DNA of 63,430 nucleotides, filler included, from Octopus bimaculoides (Eukaryota), in assembly GCF_001194135.2 (NCBI RefSeq). It is 5 parts of 5 records of this genome, joined end to end, with 100 filler letters (N's around TTAATTAATTAA, not from the genome) between each part and the next. Parts side by side here need not be neighbours in the genome. Positions count along the whole stretch, not along the records: positions 27,785 to 40,891 come from NC_069010.1; positions 40,992 to 44,628 come from NC_068985.1; positions 44,729 to 53,168 come from NC_069005.1; 2 more parts are not named here. The stretch is one strand, 5' to 3'. A program made the position numbers and the translations under genes. Below, in pieces: positions 37,356 through 48,895 of the stretch. The notes beneath the pieces are model-generated. The model searched no databases. It had not been told where the DNA came from and saw only the letters and a list, made by a program, of their open reading frames with translations. Positions within the stretch are counted from its first letter, which is position 1, and the number at the start of each line of letters is the position of its first letter.

Positions 37356-37625
37356 AATCTTGTGGGTGTCTACCAAGTCAGATGCCAGACGTCTGAGCTT
37401 CGATGAGTCCATGTCCAAGGAAGCAAAACGTTCAGAGTCTTAACTTGGAAATGCTGATGTAATCGTATATTTTTAGTATGACATTGTAGAGGAAAACGTG
37501 AGAGGCTAAATCTGGTTAGTTTGAGCATAAAACAGGTAGAATATTTGGATCTGCCTGATATGGGTGGTTTAAATGCTAAGGTTAACAAGATCGTGGAGAT
37601 AGTGTTTGAGGTGAACACATCGATA
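37356..37625 (+). repeat. Direct repeat copy 2 (~270 bp; partner 31188-31458)
   Basis: Same start and end sequences as copy 1. Confidence 0.9.
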
Positions 37626-37719
37626 TACGAGTTTGTCAGATTTCGTCAAATTTGTGGTAGAAGGGAGATAATTCTGTCATATCTCTCGTTTCTGTGAGTA
37701 CTTGTGTTCATGTGTGTGT

Positions 37720-37765
37720 TTAGGGTTTTAGGGTTTTATGATAAGGGTTAGGGTTTTAGGGTTAG
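37720..37765 (+). repeat. Degenerate unidirectional (TTAGGG)-like tract
   Basis: ttagggttttagggttttatgataagggttagggttttagggttag. Confidence 0.7.
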
Positions 37766-37899
37766 TGTAGGGGAAGAAAAGTCAAAATTGAAGAAGTTGG
37801 TGTGGAAAGGGGGGGGAGGGAAATTTCACAATGCCGATTTTTAGCAATTTTCCCGAGCCTCTGTATACGAAAACGGGGATTTTTGGCAAAATAAAATTT

Positions 37900-38890
37900 A
37901 CAAAAATAAACAAATTTGGGAGAAAATAAGGAGACAGGCGGAAGTCTTTCCAATAGATATCTTTTAATGAACTTATATAAACCCTTTCAAACGGCATAGA
38001 TTACGATTATAAAGAAATCTGTGGGGAAAATGTTTTTTCGACGGAGTGAGGAGAGGTCTTTCGAAGAGAAAGAAATTCATAAATTACATTTTTTGCTAGG
38101 GTGTAATGGAAATAAGTCTGAAAAAAAAATTGGGATTCATTTATTTTTCGTCTGAGTAACAGAAAAGGTTTTTTTAAAAAAAAGATCCCCATGTATCATG
38201 GTGAGAGAAACAAAATTCATAAATACGATGTTGAATATGGTTTCACAATGGAGAAAGGCTAAGGGCGATCTAGCTGTTGTGTTTAGCACATCACCATCGC
38301 CAGGATCGTGTGAATTTTCCCAAAGTCCTCTCCTCATCCCTCCGTTCGCTGGCGCAAATATTTGGGTTTATTTTTCAGATTAACACCCGCACGATCTTCA
38401 CTAGGGTGTTAGGGTTAGGTTTTAGGATTAGGGTTTTAGGGTTAGGGTTAGGGTTTTAGGGTTTGGGTTAGGGAATTCCGTCCCTAACCGTAACCGTAAC
38501 CCTAAAACCCTAACCCTAACACCCTGGTGAAGATCGTGCGGGTGTTAATCTGAAAAATTACCAATTTTTGTTTTCAGATTCGTTTAATACACATTTTTTT
38601 TTACACCTATTACACTTTTCTTTTTTGTTTGTTTTGGTGACCAAGATTTAAATTAAACATTAACCCCAATACCAACTGAAGTCAATTTATTCGATTAAGG
38701 CTCTGCGAGTGCTCCAGCTAGGTCGCCACCCAATCACTCAGACTAGCAGAAGATAACTGGAATAGGCGGTGCAACATTTGAAATTCCCTTCTGTTGTTTA
38801 TTCTGGTTAAACAAGAATTCTCCCCTCTTAATTATTTACTTCCTGTTTTCATAGTTTTTTTAGTTTCACGCACTTGTCTTTCTGTGAGTA
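37900..38890. promoter_or_regulatory. Candidate (possibly bidirectional) promoter region
   Basis: CpG-containing; GGCGGAAGT (ETS-type) at 37937-37945, CCAAT at 38730, ACTTCCTG near 38838, plus-strand donor tct|GTGAGT at 38884. Confidence 0.3.
38370..38558. mobile_element. Foldback element with telomeric-repeat core, copy 3 (~190 bp)
   Basis: atttttcagattaacacccgcacgatcttcac...ggttagggaattccgtccctaacc...gtgaagatcgtgcgggtgttaatctgaaaaat. Confidence 0.85.
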
Positions 38891-39953
38891 TCGTTTCTTT
38901 GTGTTAATTATGAACTTTATAGAATTTAATTATGTTTTTCTGTTTTAAAATTAGCTTTATCTATCTGTCTGTCTATCCATCTATCTATCTATCGATCGAT
39001 TTATCTATAAACTGGGGTGTATGTGTGTATATATGTATATATATAGTTGGCACATACAAGTTAGAATTTCTCTGTTTTGATGGGAATTTTTCAGATTTTA
39101 TTTTCCACCGTACCCTTGGAAATGATGGGAAATAATAAGTCCCCATCAAAACGGAGAAATTCCAACTTGTGTGGGCCACTTAACACTGAAGTCCGTCCCA
39201 GACTTTATCAGCTTTAAGATTATAGTCTTCTTGATTTATTTCACGTAATTCTGGTTGCTATTTCTAGCGATCGACTGAGCACATTTACGCTCTCCCCTCA
39301 GAGGATCAGCGCAATATAATAACATTTTTACATGTATGTATATATGGGTATATATATATATATTTGTGCGCGTGTTGTTTAGAGCAAGATCCAGCCTTGT
39401 ATGAGAAGACCTATAATTCTATGATTAAAGTCGATCCGGCCGTGACTCTCAAGTTTACTCACGGCGATCAATATCCAGGATTACATCAGTTATAAACACA
39501 AGTGTGGCAAGGTTCGGATCGTCATTTTATGTAATTTTGGCTGCTATTTCTCGCGATCGATTGAACGCATATAGGCTGTCCCGTCGTAAGAACGGATGCA
39601 ATTGTGAGCTGATTTTTTTTTTTTATTTCAATGTGTGTGTGTGCTTAAATGTGTATGTACGTGTATATATATGTGTGTAGTATATAGGCGTGCGTGTGTG
39701 TGTATATTTAGTTATTTACTCAGCTGATATTTCATGCTGTCGTTACTCAGAGAGTCACGTTAAATCTCTCACGAAACGATCCAGCTTAACATTTTAAGGG
39801 CGTACCAACCATTTTCTCCCTTGTTCTGTAAATCCATCACTTTTTTTCTTTTCATCACGATCTGTACATATCATCTCTTTCTAGTTTATCTATCTCTCTT
39901 TTTATCTGTCTATCTCTCTATTTGTCTATCTATCTATCAATATATATCATCCT

Positions 39954-40010
<57 letters not shown>

Positions 40011-40660
40011 TTATCTGTCGATCTATCTGTCTGTTTATCTATCTGTTAATATATGTCATCTCTATCCCCTCTCTCTTTCTCTCTCTCTCTATTTGTTTAT
40101 CTATCTCTGTCCGCCAGTCTTTCTGCCTGTCTATTTATCTCCCCCCTCTCTCTCTCTCTATTCTATTCTATTCTATTCTATTTATTAGTATATATCCTAT
40201 CTATCCATCTATCTATCTTTAAAGCCGTCTCTTTCTCTCTATCTTTCTCCCTATGTTTACACCAAGACGCACACACGTACAGACACGTCAATTACCAGTC
40301 TGTCGGCATCGTTTTTAATTAAAACAAATAATATATAAAAAAAAGGAAGCAAAAACAATTTGAAGTGAACATCGTTTGTGCCAAAAACTCATTATTAACA
40401 TCCTGGAGTTTATTTTACATCAACGCAATACACGTCCTACTTCAGATTCCGAGATCGTGTGGCAAGGAAATTGCGACTCTGGAATTTCCCCGTTCATATA
40501 TTTATTTCCCTACACACAAATATGTATTTATGTATGTATGTGGTGGAGGCACAATGGCCCCGTGGTTAGGGCAGCGGACTCGCGGTTATAGGATCGACGT
40601 TTCGACTCCCAGTGTGGAGTAGAGTGCATATAATTTTTGAAACGTGTAGGAATTAAAGGA

Positions 40661-40843
40661 CACATATAGAAAAATTAATAAGTAAATGCACGATAAATAA
40701 GTATAATATAATACAAAGTAAATATCATAAGATAATGATAATAAAAATAATAATAATAATAATTATCATGATCTTATGATATATACTTTGTATTATATTA
40801 TGCTTATTTATCGTGCATTTACTTATTAATTTTTCTATATGTG
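40661..40843. repeat. Long AT-rich palindrome (82-bp arms, ~19-nt loop)
   Basis: cacatatagaaaaattaataagtaaatgcacgataaataag... paired with ...cttatttatcgtgcatttacttattaatttttctatatgtg; few mismatches. Confidence 0.9.
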
Positions 40844-40991
40844 ACTGGATTTTCATGGATTAGTTCATGAACTTTGGTTCTTTTCTCTAAANNNNNNNNN
40901 NNNNNNNNNNNNNNNNNNNNNNNNNNNNNNNNNNNTTAATTAATTAANNNNNNNNNNNNNNNNNNNNNNNNNNNNNNNNNNNNNNNNNNNN

Positions 40992-41037
<46 letters not shown>

Positions 41038-41250
41038 GTATGTATGTATGTATGTATGCATGTATGCATGTATATACGTATGTAAGCATATATATATATA
41101 TGTATGTTTGTCAGTATGTATGTATGTATGTATACATATAAATGCATACATACATACACACATGCTATATATACGTACGTATATCTTTCAGGTAAAGCCA
41201 AAGTTTCATTTTGACAGTATCGTATATATAACAAAAAAATATGCGATATG

Positions 41251-41317
<67 letters not shown>

Positions 41318-41481
41318 GCTGCTGCTGTTGCTGTGGCTGCCACGGAAACTACTACTACTACCGCCACTACTACTACTACTTGTACTTCATTCAGCCACTA
41401 CTGATGTTGGTGCCCCAAACACTGCAGATTGTTGTTACTGTTTATTACACGATATCAATCCAGATTGGAAAGGCTTTTGAC

Positions 41482-42730
41482 TTTAATTTTATTTTATACG
41501 ATATCTGATGTATATTGGAAATATGGACGAAAGAAAATCAGAGATGTAAAAATGTTCGCCTTGTAATTCAGTCATCCAGTCATGACATTTCCGCCGGTTT
41601 GTATCTAAAACTTAACTGTTTAATATATTTCCTTGGTTTTTTTTTCCCCTTTTTTTTCTTTAAGACAGTAGATTGTAGTTTCATTTGAACTTGAGTTTTG
41701 TTTCTAGTTGCCCAGTGAATTGCTTAGGTTTTCCCCTGATCGGTTTGAAAATTGCAGGTAATAATATATGAATATATGGTGATAGAACGGAGCTATATGT
41801 TGATATGCGTAAAAGATAAAGAACCCGTTCGGTCATGAATGACCATCGGATTGCACCCATAAAGTTCCCCTCCGTGGCACAAGTCTGGGCAAGGTTGTTT
41901 GTGGAAGACGAGGTGTTGCCCATGCATACCAGTCTCCCCTCTCTGTGCCACCGATGTTTATCCAAGGCCGATTCAGCTTAGTTCCAGTGACATCGCGACT
42001 CATTTCTACAGCTGAATGAACTGGAGCAGCGCGTCAAATAAATTGTCTTGCTCAAGAACACTACACACATCCCGGTCCGGAAATCGAAATCACTACCTAA
42101 TGATTGTGAGCCCGACGCGTTGCTGGAGATATGTTTGTTTCTTTTATTTTCGATAATTTTTCACTGATAAACATTTTGTTGCTAAGTTCAATGCTCCAAA
42201 ACTTTTGTGAGCCCCAGCCATGATTTAAAAGCTGTCGTCTACTACAATAGACTCAATTTTGTAAAAATCATTTCTACTATCATTTTTATAAAGAATGTTT
42301 TGCTTAACTTCAATGACCTCTCCTAAATCACGCTTTGAATTTCCTTTATCATTAAAAGAAGACATGCTGAATAATATTGTAGGGGATTGATTAGTTGGGT
42401 ATGGAAACGTTTGATGGTCCCAGATAGAATGCCTCTGATCAGAGATCGGCTCGACCAGAAAGGAGTTAGCGTTTAAGAGCAGCAACAGCTGAATGTCATT
42501 GTTTCTTATTGGTAAGTACGATATTAAGCGTTCATATAATCATACACCTGTCTGTAATTGATTTTTCTTTAAAAACCATTGAAGCTATGGCAAAATAGAC
42601 TTGTCTACAATGTCAAGCAACAGCATCGTAGTTTAGATCTCAGAATTACAAGGCGAACATTTTTACATCTCTGCTTTTCTTTCGTCCATATTTCCAATAT
42701 ACATCAGATATCGTATAAAATAAAATTAAA
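41482..42730. repeat. 88-bp inverted repeat pair (41482-41569 / 42643-42730) enclosing ~1.07 kb
   Basis: One mismatch seen in 88 bp. Confidence 0.9.
41813..42120 (-). mobile_element. SINE family F
   Basis: Inverted homolog of 25603-25918. Confidence 0.8.
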
Positions 42731-43104
42731 AAAATAAAAGAATGGACACCCATAAAATAATGTCTCCTATCGAAAAGAAAAAAATTACTGTTTATCCAAG
42801 ATACAGACTTAAGAGCAATAGTAAAATATGAAACAAGCCATAAACTGCGATGAATGTAAGCAGCCATATAACGATAACATGATAGATTCTCAGATACACA
42901 CACGCGAATGCACAAACACAAGAACATGGAGTTAAAGCACGCCTCTTAACTACTTACGTATGAATGTCTGTTTGCATATGTGTATGTGTATATATATAAG
43001 TATATACATACATTCATGCATGTGTGTGTGTATTTTCATATATATATATATTGAGAGGTAGGTAGATAAATAGATATACATATACACACGTACATAAATA
43101 TATG

Positions 43105-43146
<42 letters not shown>

Positions 43147-43603
43147 CTTACACTCACATATAGGTTTTCCTACATATCTTCAGCCATACCTGCTTGCATT
43201 CATTCAGAGCTCCATACATCAAAAGATAAATGAAATAAATAAAATTTGAATGAAAAAAATAAGATAAAAAGAAGTATTCAAGATCAAAACAGTTCAAGGA
43301 TTATTGCTTATGAAAAGACACCACCTTCTTTTGAAATCTTTACAATTAAGCAACGTTTTAAAGAACCCTTATAACAACACTAACAGAACATTCTGAAAGG
43401 AACGTCTTTCTTATTTTCTTGTTTAATATTGTTTCCATTATGCAAACATCATTGCTATTTCACGCTACACTGAAGCCTCTTTCTGATTTCATTATGTGAA
43501 TAACAGTTTCAGACAAAAACCTTTCTGCGTTTTCTTCTTCTCACGCATGTAACTGATCTCAGCTCTGCAGTCTAACGAGAAAGTTAAATAGAAAAAAAAA
43601 AGG

Positions 43604-43634
<31 letters not shown>

Positions 43635-43773
43635 GAAACAGAGCCTCTAAGTGATATTTTATTGTGCAAGAAACAGCAACTAAATTCTTTTGAATCACGC
43701 ACTTATAGCTTATTACGTGGTAGAAAAAAGAATAGGTATTGATATGATTTGGATTAGGATCGAAATTGATCAT

Positions 43774-43940
43774 AGGCGCAGGAGTGGCTGTGTGGTAAGT
43801 AGCTTGCTTACCAACCACATGATTCCGGGTTCAGTCTCACTGCGTAGCTCCTTGGGCAAGTGTGTTTTTACAATATATCTCCTCGGGCCGACCACAGCCT
43901 TGTGAGTGGATTTGGTAGACGGAAACTGAAAGAAGCCCGT
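43774..43940 (+). mobile_element. SINE family A
   Basis: aggcgcaggagtggctgtgtggtaagtagcttgcttaccaaccac...gaaagaagcccgtc. Confidence 0.9.
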
Positions 43941-44322
43941 CATATATATATATAACGTGTCTGTCAATCAACCCACAAGTTGAGATGAACCTTTCCAGAA
44001 CGCCGTTGCTTACAGGAATACTCATTCAGATCTGACGTCATAGTAACGCTTTCGATGAGAAAGATGACGACACAAATAACATCATCCACATTCGAATGTT
44101 ACTAACACATGTTAATCGGACTTTTATTATTTTCTCATGAGGCCTTATTTACGTGTCAATTGGAACCTTTATAAACGAGATACGAAGAATCAAACTTGAA
44201 AATACGAGTGGCCAGCAGTTACTTTTTTCAATTACATTGAAACATTGTTACCTAAAAATGGTGTGCAGTCTAGAAACAAATGTTGCGATGCATTAATGAC
44301 TATGAATTTCCATCGTCAAACA

Positions 44323-44363
<41 letters not shown>

Positions 44364-44370
44364 TTTAAGT

Positions 44371-44488
44371 AAGAAAATGGAGAGATTCAATGGATATAAA
44401 TTAATTTATCAACATTTTTAATAAGGCTTACAATTGTTTCAGTATGTTAATAATTCAATTTATATCCATTGAATCTCTCCATCTTCTT
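44371..44488. repeat. Hairpin-forming inverted repeat (29-bp arms, imperfect inner extension)
   Basis: aagaaaatggagagattcaatggatataa / ttatatccattgaatctctccatcttctt. Confidence 0.85.
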
Positions 44489-45295
44489 ATTATACAATAT
44501 TTGATATCTATAATATACCTATATTATATTGAAGAGATATTTCTTAACGGTATGATATATTAAACTAGTTTATAGTGGATGAAACCAACCCCATATGAGG
44601 TTTATATATCCTCGTAGTGACTATATATNNNNNNNNNNNNNNNNNNNNNNNNNNNNNNNNNNNNNNNNNNNNTTAATTAATTAANNNNNNNNNNNNNNNN
44701 NNNNNNNNNNNNNNNNNNNNNNNNNNNNTATATATTCTTTTATTCCTTTACTTGTTTATATCATTTGATTGTGGCTATGTACGTATCTATAAGGGCCTAA
44801 GGGTAAAAATCATACGCAGACGAATTTCAAATTACCCTTTCGGTCTACTTTAGGACCCTTTTAATACTAACTGAAAGGCTGATGTTTACAGATGCAGAAA
44901 TTCTTTAAAAAATTACAACAAGAGATATATTATCAATTGAGTTGCCTCAGAGCATGATGGATGCCAACTTTTATTTCAAGGTTTTTGTAAAGGAGGAGAA
45001 AATCTGCCTAAGGGTACATTAGAATTCTTAACGTGTAAGTAGGAAATAAACATTCTCACACGCACACAGATACACACACTCACACACACATACACACATA
45101 CACACACACACACACACAAATACACACGCACACGCACGGACGCGCACACGCATAGACATATGCGCTTTTTTTCCGCACACCCACTGACACAAACACAAAC
45201 ACACACGCACAAACAAATGCACAGTATGATACGATTTATTGCCGACAAAAAGCGAGCCTTCATTGTATAAGAATATAGATAATTATAGATACATG

Positions 45296-45329
<34 letters not shown>

Positions 45330-47489
45330 NNNNNNNNNNNNNNNNNNNNNNNNNNNNNNNNNNNNNNNNNNNNNNNNNNNNNNNNNNNNNNNNNNNNNNN
45401 NNNNNNNNNNNNNNNNNNNNNNNNNNNNNNNNNNNNNNNNNNNNNNNNNNNNNNNNNNNNNNNNNNNNNNNNNNNNNNNNNNNNNNNNNNNNNNNNNNNN
45501 NNNNNNNNNNNNNNNNNNNNNNNNNNNNNNNNNNNNNNNNNNNNNNNNNNNNNNNNNNNNNNNNNNNNNNNNNNNNNNNNNNNNNNNNNNNNNNNNNNNN
45601 NNNNNNNNNNNNNNNNNNNNNNNNNNNNNNNNNNNNNNNNNNNNNNNNNNNNNNNNNNNNNNNNNNNNNNNNNNNNNNNNNNNNNNNNNNNNNNNNNNNN
45701 NNNNNNNNNNNNNNNNNNNNNNNNNNNNNNNNNNNNNNNNNNNNNNNNNNNNNNNNNNNNNNNNNNNNNNNNNNNNNNNNNNNNNNNNNNNNNNNNNNNN
45801 NNNNNNNNNNNNNNNNNNNNNNNNNNNNNNNNNNNNNNNNNNNNNNNNNNNNNNNNNNNNNNNNNNNNNNNNNNNNNNNNNNNNNNNNNNNNNNNNNNNN
45901 NNNNNNNNNNNNNNNNNNNNNNNNNNNNNNNNNNNNNNNNNNNNNNNNNNNNNNNNNNNNNNNNNNNNNNNNNNNNNNNNNNNNNNNNNNNNNNNNNNNN
46001 NNNNNNNNNNNNNNNNNNNNNNNNNNNNNNNNNNNNNNNNNNNNNNNNNNNNNNNNNNNNNNNNNNNNNNNNNNNNNNNNNNNNNNNNNNNNNNNNNNNN
46101 NNNNNNNNNNNNNNNNNNNNNNNNNNNNNNNNNNNNNNNNNNNNNNNNNNNNNNNNNNNNNNNNNNNNNNNNNNNNNNNNNNNNNNNNNNNNNNNNNNNN
46201 NNNNNNNNNNNNNNNNNNNNNNNNNNNNNNNNNNNNNNNNNTATATATATATATACATATATATACATGTATATATATATACATATATAAATGTATATAT
46301 AGATATATATATATATATACATGAATTATATATATATAGATATATACATGAATTATATACATATATATTTATATAAACATACATCTCTTGTATAGGTATA
46401 TATCATATATATATATATGTGTGTGTGTGTGTGGCGGGGTGTAGAGATGGGCGTGGTTGTGCACTGAAAAGTTTTCCTCTCAGCGCCATTGTTTCTAGAT
46501 CAATCCCTCAATTTCTCACCTTGGGCAAGGTTCTTCTACAACAGTTTCCACAAAAGGCATGCTAGTAAATTTCGTGTTTTGAAACTGGAAGACACCCGTC
46601 GAAACAACCGATGTTTTTTCTTTTTTTTTGAGCACAAAGAATATGTAAAAAGAATAATTCCTTAAAAATTACTGAGAGAGAACATCCCACAGTAAATGCT
46701 TTTATGTTCTCCTGTTCAGGAACTCCTCAGCAATATCCGTACGCATACATTCATACTAACGCATAAGATCATACACATCCATATGCGTATGAATGTGCGT
46801 GTGTATAAACACACACACGCACACACTCTTACACTCACATATACATATATATACACGTCTATGTGTGTGTGTGAATTGCGTGTGTATGCATCTATGTACC
46901 TCATGAAACATAAATATTTGATTATTTATGCTGCCCTTGAACTTTTGAAGAAATATATTTGTTTTAACATTATGGAGGCCGAATATAAATCTCGACAGTA
47001 AATCTCTTTCCAAAAATACCAGTCTTTAAACTAACAGACATTTCTCTCTTTTATTACTTCCAACAGACTTTGAATTTCTTTTTACTTCACCGTCAGATCT
47101 CCACCTTTGATGAAGGTAAACTTTTCATTCTTTTTTCTTTCTGTCAGTACGTTGCTAGTAAACACTCGCGCATATGTACAGTTTCGATGAAGTTATTTTA
47201 AAGTCTATTGTGTACGCTGCGTGTGGATAGAGAAGTTCTTGTTTTCTTATGTTCAACAAATTTAATTTAGATTTATTTTATACTTTACAGACGCAGGTGT
47301 GCCTCTGTGGTTTCGAGTTTGCTTCTCAACCACACAATTCCAGGTGCAAGTGTCACACTTTGGTACTTTGAGGAAGATTCTTCTACCGAAGCCTTCTCCG
47401 TTGGTTTTGTAGTCAGAAAGATCATTTTGTATATATATATATATNNNNNNNNNNNNNNNNNNNNNNNNNNNNNNNNNNNNNNNNNNNNN

Positions 47490-47537
<48 letters not shown>

Positions 47538-47874
47538 TGTGTGTGTATGTATGTATGTATGTATGTATGTATGTATGTGTCTGTGTATCTGTAAGTCCTA
47601 GGGATTATAACCATTCCATAGCAACTTCTGCATATGACAAGCGTAAGCTATTATTTTGGTGCAAATACATTATTTTCATCATCCAAATGTCCCAGTGATA
47701 TTTCTATTGCGGAACTCAGTCAAAATAATCGCAGAAAAAGATTCAAAGATTCACCGTTTGTTTAACTCCGTCTGAGTTCGCCCCGGCACGCTTCGATATT
47801 TTCGCTACAAGACATTCAGGATAACGACAATTAAGCTAGCTGACTGGCGAAAGAAATGCAAGAAGAGCTGATGT

Positions 47875-47917
<43 letters not shown>

Positions 47918-48182
47918 TATAATAATAATAATAACAATAATAATAATAATAATATTAATAATATATAATATAAATGTATATGCAGTGATATACAGAGATA
48001 AAAAGGTAAGAAGTAGAGAGATAGACATACATACGTATATACGAATGTAGATATATATGTAGCTATATGTGTGTGTGTTAGTGCGCGAGTGTGTGGGCAT
48101 GTGCATGTATATATATGCATATATATATATATGTATATGTGTGTATATTGGTACACACATATATCTACATATATAATACATA

Positions 48183-48223
<41 letters not shown>

Positions 48224-48308
48224 NNNNNNNNNNNNNNNNNNNNNNNNNNNNNNNNNNNNNNNNNNNNNNNNNNNNNNNNNNNNNNNNNNNNNNNNNNNNN
48301 NNNNNNNN

Positions 48309-48354
<46 letters not shown>

Positions 48355-48849
48355 AAGTCTGCAAAGAATTATAAATCAGATTATTATAATCTAAATTATA
48401 GTCTGTCTGACTTTGGTTTCTAAACAGTAGAGTGTGCTAAGAGGTTTTCAGTATGTAATGGTCAAGCTATTACTGTTGCAAACCACGATTCGTCTGAAAA
48501 GAAAAACTTCCACGAGAATATAATAGATAGTGATAGTGTCTGTAGGAAAACTTAAAACTAAACTTTCAATGAGATAAATTTACCATTGGTTATGATATAA
48601 GGAAATTAATTCAGATAAGTTAGCCTGTTAAGAAACCTGTGAAATATTAACTTTGATAGTTCTCCTCACCATAGTATCATTGCACAATCAAGCCATAGAG
48701 AAGCAATATAGAGTAGCGTTCAATTACTAAGTTAGATGTCATGCTTCTCCCTTATTTCAACTAAATGTCGGACATAATTTATGTGATAGAGTCATGGGCA
48801 AGTGCAGACGTATGTACATAGAAATATGCACATATATACATATGTATAT

Positions 48850-48895
<46 letters not shown>

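Noticed and set aside
40553-40615. tRNA gene
   Set aside because: Has A- and B-box-like motifs but no acceptor stem or full cloverleaf; it is a SINE head fragment.
47860-47880. Possible mini-exon ATGCAAGAAGAGCTGAT|GTAAGT
   Set aside because: Donor match only; no promoter cluster or downstream exon links it to any gene.
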